Shown here: piece after piece, positions 12,001 through 24,800 of the stretch
Position numbering within the stretch: the stretch's first letter is position 1
Layout: every line of letters begins with the position of its first letter
Source of the DNA: Hyphochytrium catenoides
Lineage: Eukaryota > Protista > Hyphochytriomycota
NCBI GenBank assembly: GCA_900088475.1
Contig: FLMG01001518.1
Coordinates: 1 to 43,097 of the forward strand
Length of the DNA stretch: 43,097 nucleotides
Direction of reading: 5' to 3'
Position numbers and translations under genes: made by a program
Notes under the pieces: model-generated
The model's database searches: none
Seen by the model: only the letters and a program-made list of their open reading frames with translations
What the model was told of the DNA's origin: nothing

Positions 12001-14867
12001 GGATCTAATCTTTTTCTGGAATGTGACAGGCTGATCCTTGAAACCAGGCTTTCCCGCAACTTCTGAAGAGAAAGGATGAGAACAATACCTCTTCGGCATA
12101 GACACCCATGGAAGGGTATCAAGTACTGCATCTACAGCCACTTACTTGATGTCTTCCTCTTATCGGCTTTTTTACCTTCATCTTCCTCTCTTCCCCGGGG
12201 AGAATGTTCTTTAAACTCCCACTTCATCAGCGGCGATGTAGGTAACGCTGCAGACTGAGGGAAGACAGAGATGGCAGTCCTTTCTGTGCCGGAAGGAAAA
12301 GCAGATCCAACTGGAATTGATGCTCCACTGATTGAGCTACATTCGCCTTGAACTTCTTCTTCTGCGCTTGGAGCTAAAGTGAGGAGCGTAACTCTTGCGT
12401 CGAAAGCAGAGACTACAATGAGGCCAGAGGGAGAACCGCCAGGGTTGCTCCAGGCCTGGGACATGAGAGCAGTTCCAATAGCCGACACCCGGAAGTTAGA
12501 GGTTGCGGAGTCCCACACAGAGGGAAGGTTGTCTTGGAAGTCGACCACGACCCGTATCTCATAGGACCTGAGAGTGTTAGAGGGATTAGGAGCAAAGCAG
12601 GAAATAGAGAAGGTAACGGTGGTGAGGTCGGTCATATCCCATGTAGAGCTGAGTGGCCTTTGAGGCAGAACAGAGTGAATTTGGAGAATATTGACGGTGA
12701 CCAAGTCCAATAAGGAAGTGGGGAACTACATGCAAGTGAGACTTAAAGAAAAGAGGCGTCAGACGCACGAAACCCATGCGATAGCTGATAGAGGCAGTCA
12801 AAGCGGCAGAGACCTCGTGTTGACCTCGACAAGACAGTGCGGAGTAGAGACCAGCAGAAGTGGAGCATCTTTGATTAACGACGCCGCATCTCCACTGTCT
12901 GTTCCTGGAGGCCTGAACGCTGTTGCTGATCTCTCACTTTCTCTTTCCTCTTCCACCTCCGGCCGCGGGGACTTGGTCCCCACCCCTGGGATATAGAAGG
13001 CATCCAGGAGAGGATGGGACGTCTATAGGTCCCATATGCATTAATCCGTCCAGAGTGTGCGGCGCGCAGGGAGAAGCGGGAGGTTACGTGACCAGCAGGA
13101 GGGGCGGTAATTAGCCGGGCACCAGAGCCATCGAGGCGCGTAAGGATATAGAAGACATACCGGAATTCGAGGCAAAGCAACAGGCCAAAGAAAGACCTAG
13201 GAGAAAAACGCAAGAGGGAGCAGAACGTGGAGGCCCTAGTCTTTTCTAGCTAGCCATCTCAGCTGTGACTTTGCTGGAGGAAGAGTAAAGTGAGTTAGGA
13301 GGGAAAGAGCACGATATCACCTCAGTCTCCGGTGTGATGGTGGGCTCATCCAAGAGAGAGATAGTCCTATAGTCCTGAGTAAGATTCTCAATAGCTTTTA
13401 ACTTGTTCATCACAAGCGAGGCCTCCAGAGCCTCTCCCTTCTGGTGCCAAAGTGGAAGCGAACTGATGACAGGAGGGGTGGAAGCAAGAAGTTCTTCTTT
13501 GGCTTTGGCAAAATTCTTCTCTCTTTCCCTTACTCTCAGCTTTGCTTCTAATCTAGGCAGTGTAGCTCTCTGGCAACCCTGACTCCCTTCCCGGCCCCTT
13601 GCTCCTCTCCTTTCCCGGTTGCCCCCAATAAGTGATTCTGAGAGACGTCTCTGGGTCTATGCAAGTCAAAGATCCGCAGTCTACCATCGGCTGAGCCCAC
13701 CGCCAGTCGCGGAAGAGAGGGATCAAACGCGAGAGAAAGGAGCGGAGAGACGCCTAGGAGGGAAGACTGGAAGAGGACGGAGCGCTGTTCCAAGTCCCAG
13801 AGCTTGAAGGTTCGGTCCTCAGAGAGAGTGACTACTTCCTGCGGTCTAGGAGGGTTGAACAAAGCCATGGTTACCTGCAGTTTAGAAGGCATGCCATTAG
13901 AGTTGAACTAATGTTGAGATCGAGGTTGAGGATGTAGATCAGTTGAGTAGAGATTAAGGCTTGTCTAGAACCTCAATGCTAGCTTGCCTCTCTAAGGCGG
14001 GACGTCAGAGAAGAGGATAGAAAGGGCACGACATGTTCCCCGTGGCCCAAGAAAGACAGCTCATGAGACCAAACCTCGTGTTTCAGAAAATAGGACGGTC
14101 TCTTTCTCCTCTCTTCATCTCTTACCTTGCCAATGTGCCCCTCGAGTCTTAGGAAGAGTTGCCCGTTAACTGTATATGCAATTTTGGCCTCGTTTCCTGT
14201 GCATACCACCAGCAAAGTTTGAGAAGGATCGAATGCGACTGCCCTAACATCAGAGGCAATATCGCTGTCCAGAACAGGGATGCAGCTTTCTCTCTTCTGA
14301 GCACTACCCCTGTCCTTTCCGAGCAATACGTCGAGGTTCCATAGTAGTACACGGTCACTGGAGGCACTGCAGAGCAACTCCCCGTCTCCTTGCCCTCCTG
14401 AAGATTTTCCAGAGAAAGCTAAAGCAGTGACAGATTGCTCGTGGCCTCCAAGTTTGAGAGTGGGCTGGAAGACGAAAGCCAAAAGGGGAAGAGTAAAAGA
14501 GATAATCACGTTGAGATAGAGTAGAAAATGTCGAGAAGCAGGGTCAGGAAGTAAAACTCGAGAGAGGGCATAAACAATAGTTTCCTACTGGCTTGGTAGA
14601 TTACGGGGAGTGAAGAGACGGGGGGAAGCCAGGAACGCTAGGCCAAGTTAAAGACCTGCGGACCAAACAGGCAAAAGATCTCTGAGTCCAACTGCTCGTT
14701 ACCTCTGGAAGACCATTAACGCGGACTGCGTTAAGGTTAGGATACACCAGCACGCTTTCCGGGCCTGTACTCCCGCTATTCGATAGGGCGATGAAGTCTT
14801 CGGTTCCTGCTGCTGCCTGCACTCCCGAGATCGGGACCCTAAGTGCGGAAGCACCCAGAAGCCTCAT
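9071..14867 (-). CDS. WDR27: WD40-repeat protein, WDR27-like
   Basis: Multi-exon gene from ATG 14867 to TAG 9071. It has many WD repeats (LGGHEQSVTALAFS; VVTLSEDRTFKLWD; FLSSALDGTVKLWDLR; FSGHSNRVHRIGVSFSPCRRYIATG|SEDK; LSGHTDTVAAVEFSP). It also has WDR27-typical linker motifs KDQPVTFQKKIRSSGYG, QYPMNCGL and KDDLNRL...YK. Not every exon boundary was resolved. Confidence 0.8.
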
Positions 14868-15310
14868 CCCTTTAGGATAAAGCTGGAAGAGTATCAGGTC
14901 CTGACAGACTCTACGCCTGCCTTGTAATCCCCTCACACATAGCGTTCATGAGCAGTACCAATCATCACTCCCATGACCTGTATAGTCCGCCAGTGCATTG
15001 GAAGCCCGAGGAACATGTCTAAGCTCGCAAACGTGTTCCGCTACGGGCGCCACGGTACGCTGTACTGTACCGTCGTATTCTTTAGTTCCTCTCTCGTGTA
15101 CAGACTGAAACCTAGAGACCTAACACTTGCAGCGGTGGTGTCACAGATAGGAATATTTGCTTATCCATCAGACTCCGGACTCCAGCTAACGTAGGCGTCA
15201 ACCGGTTACACTTGCAGACAAGAAGACCATTCTGGCAGACAAAGAGAATTGTAATATCATGAGCTGCCAAAAGGCTCGATAGCAAGCAGGCTATCCTCTG
15301 GACTCGAGCC

Positions 15311-15352
15311 TCCTGAGAGCCGATAACTGGGTCCTGAGAGCCGATAACTGGG
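15311..15352. repeat. 21-nt perfect tandem duplication (tcctgagagccgataactggg x2)
   Basis: Seen directly, in the divergent intergenic region between WDR27 and the 7TM gene. Confidence 0.95.
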
Positions 15353-16403
15353 CGGCAGACGCGAAGATCAGTGCCTCGAGGCTGCCGATGAAAGAGGCTT
15401 CATTGTCTTCTCCCCTTCTCCTCCTCCTTTCTGACCTTTCACCTCTTTGTTGCCGCACCTCAATAATCATACTGTAGCGAATGGATCAAGATATATCAGT
15501 AACTAATAAGGGATAATCAACAATTGGTATTGCTGATTACTGTGTCTCTGATGTAACGGCCTGGCCTTTTTGCGTCTGTCTCGTCGCTGGGAGAGGTGGG
15601 GCTGAGGGAGAGGGGAAGGAGGGAGAGGAGGAGGATGCGTTGGCTGGAGGGGAGAGAGGGATCTGCTACTGCCCGTGGACTTCCTGTCCCTCTCTTCCTT
15701 CTTCTGCTGCTTTCGCCCCCGGTCCGTCCCTAGTTCTCTGCTGCCTCCTGCTGTCATCTTCTGCTCCTCCTCCTTTGATGCAAAGCCCACATGCCCACCA
15801 AAACTTCATGTCCGTGCGGGCGGAGGACCATCAATATCAGGACGAAGGAAGAAAGTAGAATATAGTGGAGATCAGGGCAGACCCCCATGAGAAACTTGAC
15901 AAGGTTGTGCTAGTGCGTGTCCTTAGTCTTTCTTGTTGGCGAGCTGCCGCGCAGCCGCGACTCTACTCTTCATAGTATCCCATCATCCAGAAGGAAGGAG
16001 GATAAACAGTGAGGTATAGTGGGACAGGTCTTCTCTCAGATTAGGAAAGGCGTCTCTTCAGAGGCCCTGTTCCCACCTTGCGGCTTGAAAGTATTCTATT
16101 TGGCAAGCTTTTAGAGTTCAGCACGGTGTCCTACCTTTTCGCTGACCCATTCGGACAGCTCTACTAGTCTCATCATTGTTAGTACCTTCTACTACTATAG
16201 AGGACGGGCCAGCCGTCATTGATCAGCCTTTGCGGCGGCAACCAAGATCCCAGCATTGGTAGTTCTTCTCTCAGCCTTGTAATGGCAGGAACTTCACTTG
16301 CCAGGGATTGATACCTCTAGAGGATAGGTAAAGACGTGACATCGCTTAAACATCGCCACCACCAGCAATATCGCCCAGTGTGGCGACCAGACCTGAAGGA
16401 GCC

Positions 16404-17699
16404 ATGAATGCCTCCTGTACGTACTTCACCGCAGAGATGTGCGGGCCCTACCGTGAGTGCTACCCCAGCAAGCCCGACGGAGACGATGTGCCGTGCAGTT
16501 GCACACGCTTCTACGGATACGAGCTTAACCGTGTTACCAATGAATGCGAGAGAGCGAAGACGGTGAGTCTTAGGCGAGATAGGAGGAAGGCGAGGAATCT
16601 GTTACACTTATCCCTGAGTTCTCCCCCATCTGCTATTCACTTGTCCCCTTTGGTTAGAAGATATGTTGCAAACCTTTCCACTTGCTTTGACCTCTAACAT
16701 CGTGCCTTCTTCCCGTTCTGATAATCGTCTCTCGCATGTCCTTAGTCGACCATTCTTGGAGTTATCGGCGCAGTGGCAGTTCTCTCCCTATGTGCCTACA
16801 CTATCGTCTCAACGTTTGGCACTCTGATCAGGGTGTACAGGCTAAATCATAGTGCAATGGATGCCAAATGCGTCATCCTTTCGGTGAACCTTATCGGCTG
16901 CATTGCAGGCTTTCTCTCCTGCTCTGCGATGAGCTACACTTTCCATGGCCAAGATGACAAGTACATCGCCCATGACTATGTGAGGCCTATCTCTCTCTCT
17001 GTCAATATGGGCTGTATGATGTTGGCAGACACCGTCATTTACCTAGGCTGGAAAGAGACCTCAATCCGCTGTGCGAAGGTTTCTATGCGGAACACCAAGA
17101 TGACTACTCTCTTCCGTTTCTCGTCCTTCCTTCTCTACTTCTTCTGTCTAGCGGTGCCTGTCATGTACCTTGTGCTAGAGTTTCACGGTCTGAGGATTAT
17201 CTCTGTAGCTCTTATCTCCTTGTTCGCCTTCCTCGTGGCCGGTGCGATCAAATATGTGGGCTACACCCTTTCAAAGGTGCTTCTCGTCTCTACCTCCCCA
17301 ACAATAGTCGCGTGCGGTGAGAGGATAGACCGCTACTCAACGCGTTTCTCAACCATCCATTTTGGGCACGCAGTGTGCGTCGTGGCCTTCCTCGTCACAG
17401 CTAAGATACCTGAGGCAAACATTGCGCCTCTTATTTTTTACGGAGCGCAGGACTATTTCTCAGCGTGGCTGCGATGGCAGATCTCTAAGTACTTCCGGTC
17501 ACTAATGTTCCCTAGATCATCCAGTAGGACAGGGAGAAAAAGTGACGACCGCGCCTTCTCGTCATCACACCAAAAGACAACCTCACGGAAAGTGTCTGTT
17601 AAACCGAAGAATGACGGCGGAAGTGGAGGATCACTATCAGCATCTAACAGTCTGAAGATAGAAAATGTGGACCCTCCCAGCACTATGATGCAGAAGTAA
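16404..17699 (+). CDS. Putative 7-transmembrane protein with N-terminal 6-Cys EGF-like ectodomain
   Basis: Exons 16404-16562 and 16746-17699 (GTGAGT...TTAG, phase 0). The N-terminus SCTYFTAEMCGPYRECYPSKPDGDDVPCSCTRFYGYELNRVTNEC has 6 Cys. About 7 hydrophobic segments follow, then a Ser/Lys-rich hydrophilic tail. Confidence 0.72.
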
Positions 17700-17942
17700 C
17701 GGCGAAGACTTAGAAATGATCCCAAGATATATTGCTCTTCCTTTTATTGCTCCTTCTCTCTGTCACCCTATTCTTCGCTAAATAATCTATTGAACCAAGT
17801 TGTTCTGCCTTCGCTCTTCTCTGCTCATCCTTGTCTCCATAGCTACTCTGTAGCTAGCAGCTGGCAGGGATCACAAGCCCTACCGCACTCTCTTCTCCTT
17901 AACACTCTTGATAGATCATGATTGGAGCTGTCCTTAAGGAAG

Positions 17943-20900
17943 TTAGGAAAGGGTAGAATAGCCTGCCCTCCTTCTCGTCCTGTAGGCATAGGCGCCCATC
18001 ACTAAGGCCAGCACAAAGACAGCCACCTACGAGGGAAAGGGCGAGACACAGAAAGCCAGTTTACAGGCGATGGATAACGAATCGGAACGCACCCCAAGAG
18101 GGTCATGAGGGCAGGGAGGGAGATGTTAGATACTACGACGTGACACTTAGCTACGAAAGGGCTCTAAATGGAGGTGGCATGGCAAACAAAGGGAACACTC
18201 TATCTGGGTGGGCAAACTCATACAGACCGCGACTGTAGCCCAGCTTGAACCGCTTGCAGTGAGCACATTCAGGGACGAGGGGCACCGAAGACTACTGAGC
18301 TTGCTGGAGCAACCCACTTTCAAAGCTGGGTAGCTGACGTCCGAGGCACATGCACGAGAGAGGTAGGGAAAGCGATGAGTCAGCGTCAGCGATAGCGAGT
18401 GCACCGACAGGAACTACTACATGATGGTAAACGAATCAAGAGTACAAGAGGGAGCCTTCGCTTGCATACCCATCGCTGGAATAGGAGTTGGTGAGAGTCT
18501 CTCCAGTCCGTTGTGTTAGCAGCTGAAGCTGCTGTGCGAAGCCATGAGAAAGGAGAAGGAATGTGAAATTTCCCGTGGGAACCTAGAGTGATACGGTACG
18601 AAGAGCTTAGCCTACAGCTATAATTACTAGCAAGAAGAAAAATAGAGCCGCTAGTTAACTCTGGGATCAGATTAGGTTGGCTACATGAGGTAAGGAAGCA
18701 AGAAAAAGAAGGCAGCGGAGAGCCTTTACCGATGTCAAGCTCTGAACGAAATTGCCGACAGCACTGTTCTGCTGCGCCCATGAGAGTCCGGGAAAGGGTG
18801 GTTGGGGAAGGCTTGATCCGTTGATTTTCGGCTCTATGATGAGCAACCCATGAAGAAGCTCATGACATACGAGATGCTGCAAATTAAAGGAAAACTCCAT
18901 GAGTCGCGCTCATCCCTTAAGAGGTTGGTAAATAAGCTCCACAGTTAATGCACCGATAATGTTACTTGAAGATCAGGCCGAGCAAATTGAGTGAAAGAAG
19001 TCGGCGCACCGAAGACATAGCGGAGAGGTTTTGAGACGTGGAGGCCGCGACACCGCCCAAGTGAGACAGGCTCTACCTCACAGTCGCCATGGCAGATATC
19101 TCTTAAAACGTCCCACTGGTCGGCCACCTCTTGGACCCACTTATCCGTCGCTGGCAAGAAATATTGGCAGTATTGATGGACCTACATCATGAACCACAGT
19201 TAAGGAAGAGAGGACAGACATGCCATCGTCTAGAGTTATTCTATGAAAAGTGAACCTGCTAAGAAAGCGTCAAACTGAGAACCCGATTGGTAATAAAGCG
19301 CAGACTCATAAAGATAAACTGGCCCCGTTGCATCAAACTACGGAAGTGGGAGGCACAGCAGTGTCTTACTGATGGAGGGACAGCCGTGGAGGAGCAGATG
19401 TCAGTCAATGTGCTTCCTATCTCCATCAGAAGAGTTGGAACAGACGTCTGCAGCTGGTCCAGTAGCCTCTTTGATGGCGCGTACACGCCTTGACACGTTT
19501 CCTCCGAAAGAGAGAGCTGACCGGAGCTCTCGTTCAAATACCGCCCGTACTCAGGATCACAGTTGAAGCAGAAGAGTCCCTAATAGATGAGAAAGGAGAA
19601 AAGCTGACGTAAATCCTCTGCTCCTGAGGGAGAGTTCCAGCATCAGGCGTCGAATCCTACGTCATATGACAGTAGCCCCAGCTCTTTGCCATGACACAAA
19701 TCCTGCCTCTTCCGTTTCTTGACTGCATAGCCTCATCGAAGGATGCTCTCTTACCTGGAGGTACCCGTTTAAGGCAAGAAGGGTCTCTACCAATGGAGGT
19801 GACGCTTCTTTTATCAGAGCTAAAACTCGGGCTACATGGGGCCGGAGAACCTTCATTACGAAGCACAGGGCAGCAATTCAGACGAAGGGAAAAGATTATT
19901 GATTGATGACGCGGCCGTTATGACACAAAATTCTTCGTGCAAGAGAAGGAAAAGCAAAACCAGTAGAGAAAGAGAGTGATCCCATAATTTGCAACGAGAG
20001 AAGCATCATCTGAAGGAGATAGATAGATGTGACAGAGAGAGAGAGAGAGACCCGGGAGAGAGAGAGACACCGGGAAAAGAGACGGCACATGGTCTGTCCA
20101 GGGCACGATGAGAGTAGGATAGCAAGGATGGTGAGCGATACTCTCAATAAGGAGGGAGACGAAGGTAAGGAATTGCTAGGTCAAGAGCGCATGTGAGGAC
20201 GTGAGGTGGCAGAGCTCGTAAAGAACAGATGGCCACTTCTCTCACACTCTTGATTTCTTCATCTTTGATTCCCTGGAGATCAGGCATGAACGTCGTCAGG
20301 ACGCGGATAGCCTGGACGAAGTTAAGTAGCTCGTCTTCCACATTCATCTCGTCAATACGCCGTCGAAGGTCTTCGATCTGAGCGTCTGTTTGCTTGAACT
20401 AGAGGAAGAATGAGGCTTTAATATTTTAATATTCAGGCAATGCCGATCTCTCAATACAATCATACGGGAGAGGAGCACACAGGAAACGGGCGAAAACTTC
20501 GTTGGGAGGGATCAAGGGGTCCGTGCAGCCGATGGTAGACTCAGCGTTGGACATAAGAACTAAGTGCTACCGATATAAGTGCATAGCAGAAGGGAAGTAA
20601 GTAAGCAGCACCTACCTGTTCCCTCATGGCCTCAAATGTTTCGGGTGAGCAGCAGGAGTAATCCCCATTGTAATACGGGCAGAACTCATTCTTCCCCTCT
20701 TGGCTTTTAGGCTTCGGTAGAAGCTTGATGTCTGAGGTTGCGATTGAGTAGTTACCCTTATAGCGTAGGAGAGGATTGTCGCAATCGAGTTGCTTCGCCC
20801 GTAACGAAGCTTCCTTCCATTGATCAAAAGCCTCAGCCGAGGTCGTTACAAGCATAATAGCGAGGATCAGCATTGCATCTCGCAGTCCTGCTCCAGGCAT

Positions 20901-20999
20901 CATTGTCTTACTCCGTCGATGCTGTCGCTGGTTAGTCTTACTCATGTTACCTTCCTCAAGAGGGCCTTCATAGAACCTTGATCCTGAGCTGAGGGCCAT
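17943..20999 (-). CDS. Type I membrane protein with folate-receptor/NPC1-N-terminal-like Cys-rich domain and GYxxL cytosolic tail
   Basis: Start at 20999 or, more likely, 20903 (signal-peptide-like MLILAIMLVTTSAEA). Exons encode FCPYYNGDYSCCSPETF, GLFCFNCDPEYGRYL...LSEETCQGVY, ICHGDC, HLVCHELLHGL and NSYSSDGYPALKVGCSS. The inferred last exon 18026-17943 reads VAVFVLALVMGAYAYRTRRRAGYSTLS*. Some central junctions are uncertain, and the last donor (GTCTGT) is weak. Confidence 0.6.
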
Positions 21000-21425
21000 G
21001 TCCGGTACAGAGTTGACGGGTGCTCAGACTAGCGTCATGAGGAGGAAGAGCATCCCCAGCAGGTCCGCAAAGCGCCGATAAAAGCTCTGACCAAAAATCT
21101 TCAACATCTGTCTGGACACATCAGAATCATTGCCAAAAGTGGGTAGGCACAGAAAGTAGGGCGGCAACCGAAAATTATTCGAAAGTGACGCAGAGTTTGA
21201 GTTAAGAGACAAGAGACCTCTAATCCTCGGTAACTTCAGTCTCATTTTCGTGCTCTTGCGGTCGGAGGGGTGGGTGGGTATGCGACGCCGGCAAAGCTTT
21301 TTGTGAGATTTTATGGAGATCTTCGTCTCGTTATCTGCCTATTATAGAGACAGTGTGAACCCTCCGTCAGGTCTCCATCAAGAGCTGATCTGAGCTTTGA
21401 AGGGTAGAACGAATTGTTTCTTGTG

Positions 21426-21458
21426 TTAATCTGTTAGGGTACTTAATCTGTTAGGGTA
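21426..21458. repeat. 17-nt-period tandem duplication (ttaatctgttagggta x2)
   Basis: Seen directly; each copy contains TTAGGG. Confidence 0.9.
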
Positions 21459-21840
21459 TTAACAGTGGCGCCCGCCTTCCGGAGGGGATTCTCGATAGGC
21501 GCAAATGCCCGGAACACTTTTGACCAGGTCTGGCTGCAGCGTACTGCGCAACTTCCCAGTAGATCATAGGTGCTGGATTTCCCGGTTCCTGCTCCTGCCC
21601 AAAATAGTGGAGTGCACGTCGGTGCACTGCCAGACGCGTGAACCTATACCTTCCCTTATCTGCTTCTCAGTTATTGCTACACTGTCCACCAATTCGAGGA
21701 CCAGCCTATAGTACTTGGAAGGTCATCTTCTTAAGCAGTGCTTGCCCTTGGCTATCCTGGCTGTGCAAGGTTGTCTTCCTTTGCCACCCAAGAAAGATGA
21801 GTTGTTGGATCGTCTTCTCCTTTTTGTCATCTTCTTCTAC

Positions 21841-24800
21841 TTATCTCCTTCCTTTCTTCTTCTTCTTTTTCCCACAACTATGATCCTCTTCCAAACCAGC
21901 TCTGGCACTTGAGGCTTGGGGGATGGCGATAGCATGTCCTGTCTGCTGGATATGCTTGAAGACTAATGACGCCACGCTCCAGTCAGTGCAGGAATAGCAG
22001 GAATAGCCCATTGGGGAGGAACCACACGAGTAACAAGCCGACGGACGGTTTTGCGAGCGACGAAAGGGCTGATAAGTCAACAGGAGGAGCGAGAGAAAAA
22101 CATGGCCAAAAAAAAGAAGAGACCATGACGCGGAGATAGAGCATGAGAGCTCGTGAGAGCTGATGCAGAGAGCAAGGAGAGTGAGGACTCACGCTTATTT
22201 CTAGTCTCAAACTGGGTGGTGCAGACATTGCATGCGAATAAATCGCCTCCTACCGTTGTCGAGGATGCTGCTTGCCGTTGTTGAGATCCTTGCTGGAGGG
22301 CGGAGAGCCGATCAACATATGCTCTGTTCAACAACACTACTATTTCTGTGACCAGGCTCTCAAAGTGGCAGTTCTTTTTATCTCTCATTCCATTCCTCCC
22401 GTTCCTGCTGTGACATTCTTACCTGCTGCATCTTCTTCGCCCTTTTCTGCTTTGCTTTGGAGAGCTTTGGCTCGTCATTTGCAATTGGAGGAAGCTCCTC
22501 GTCCCCTTCATGGTCCTGGCTCTCTTCAATCCCTTGTGCGGTATGCTTTTCCTCATCTTCTGTCAGCACTTCTTCTTCTGTCTTCTTATGTGAAGTTCCT
22601 CTTCTTGGCATGGTCAAGTCATCTCCTGGCTGTTGATCTAGGTCCTTATGATTGTGCCGATGTCTGCCATTGCTTCTTGACGACATCTGAGCCAAGCGGT
22701 GCAGCTCCACATCGGAGTCCTCATCGGTTTCGTCCTCGTCTTGTTCCTCCTCAGAACCCGGTTGTGAGCTTGTTGCCTCTTCTTCAGTGCTTCGCTTCCT
22801 ATCACTCTCTGGACCATGTTTCCCGCTAATTTGTTCCATGTCGTTGTCGCTTGGCTCTTCGGTAGCACTATTTTCTTCTCCCTCGCTCGTTGCTTCTTCC
22901 TCTTCAATTTCGCTCTCATCGTCCTCAGCCTCATTTGCTTCTACCTCTTCCTCCTCCAGGAGAGCTTCTTCTTCTTCTATCATACGGCGGAACTCGGCTA
23001 CCTTCTCCTTGTGTTTCTTAGAGCTTTCATGATTCCGAAGTTGCTTGGCCGACTTGAAGAACTTGCTGCAAAACTCGCAGTGCCATGTCTCTTCTTCTTC
23101 TTCTTCAACATCCTCCTCTTGCCCTTTGTTACTTTCTTCTAATTCTACTTCATCTGCCAATCGGTACTCGGGATCTGGGTCATTAAGTCTGAGAGACTCC
23201 AGCTCCTCCAGCTCTTGCATCCTCTCCCTCATCCATTTCTCCTTTTCCTCTTTAAGTCTTTGTGACCGCTCAGCCTGTTGCTGCCGTTTTTCTCTCTCTT
23301 TCCGTTCTCTCTCTTCAGCGATTTTCCTCTTGTAGGATAGCACTCGCTTGTCCCTCTTCTTCATAAAGTCCAGAAGCTCCGAGATCTATTTAAGGTCTCC
23401 TGTTAGCACACGGGGGCAACACTTATCACCCCCGCAGGTTCTTACCTGCGCCTTGAACTCCTTCCTTGCAGCCTCTCTGGCCTTCTTATTCTCTTTCTCC
23501 ATGGCTCGTCGGTGCTTGGTGAGGGGAGAGAATGTGACGGACTCAGTAAGCATAGTGAATAAATCTATCAAGGTAAGGCGGAGAAAGAGGAGCGATTCGC
23601 CCAACAAAAGGACAACTATTTCACGTTGATGATATATATAGCTATAGACTTAGCAGGGATACGGGGAGAGTGATAGAGCAAGACACAGGAGAGCCAAATG
23701 GAGAGTCGAACCTAAAGGGAGATGGAGGAGTCACCACGGGATGGGAGCCACGATGTGTAGTCAATGATTAAGAGCGTATCTTAGGTAGAGGACAAGACAA
23801 GCATGGAAGACAGAGAGAGAGAGAGAGAGAGATGTAGGGGACACAGAGGTAAGAGCCCTGTTTGGGGGCGATAGGCTAATGGAATCGTGGATGGGAAGGG
23901 TACGAGGGCCTCCTCTTACCTGCCGACTGGGTGCCTCCGACGGGTTCCATTTATCTTCCCATGCAAACGACCGCTTGGTGCTGAAGGATTCCCAGAAGGT
24001 GTAGAAGCGCTGAACTTCAATGTACGGCGATTGCGATGTGCCAAATGAGGGACTTTCGCCTTCTCCACCGTACCCTAGCTCCTCTTCCCATAACTACGAG
24101 GAAAGAGTGAGAAATAAATGACGCAGAGTAATAAGGGAAGATAAGAGTAAAGCGCACAGGCAGCTGAAAGACTTGGCAATCAGTCATTTCACAGGGCTGC
24201 CGCGGAGAGGGAGGACGGAATAAGGGAAACAGACGAACAGTGCGCTCGAATGCATAGGAAAAAGCTGAAATTGCAAACAACCGCTGGGAAGAGCAAAGCT
24301 AACACGACTTCCCCTGAGCAAAGTTCATGTCGTACCTCCTCAAAAAGAGAGCGGTACACAGCGTAGAAGCCGCCTTCCGCGTCGTCATATCCATTATATA
24401 TATTAGGGCTGATTGGTCAGCGGAGGTGAGGTGGCCGGACAAACAAGAGGCCACAGAAAGTAGATGGGAAGCTCCCCGCACCTGAAATAGGGCCACAGGT
24501 TGACGTTGGACGCACTTTGTTTCTCTCCATCACTGACGCCGTCTCCGCCTCTAAGAATGCTTTCACGGTGGTCATCATACCATTTCCGCTCATGTGGGTC
24601 ACTCAGCACACTATAGGCGTTCTGAATCTACAGAGGAGAGAGAGAGAGAGTGAGTTAAAGGAAAAGAGAGATTTGAGCTGCCGCTTCATATCTTGAACCT
24701 TCAATCTCTCTCTCGCTTCAGTCCTCATTGTTGAATCTGCTACCCGCTTCTGCTGCTACGTCTCGCCTTACATCTTCCTACTCTGGCCATGCATCTCAAC

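Noticed and set aside
15311-15352. CRISPR-like direct repeats (also 41373-41420)
   Set aside because: Only two adjacent copies, no spacers, no cas genes, and a eukaryotic context.
15503-15890. Pro/Ser/Arg-rich ORFs between WDR27 and the 7TM gene
   Set aside because: Low-complexity translations on both strands with no motif or exon structure.
22272-23335. Long plus-strand hydrophobic or Ser-rich ORFs
   Set aside because: Antisense shadows of the Glu/Lys-rich DNAJC21 exon.
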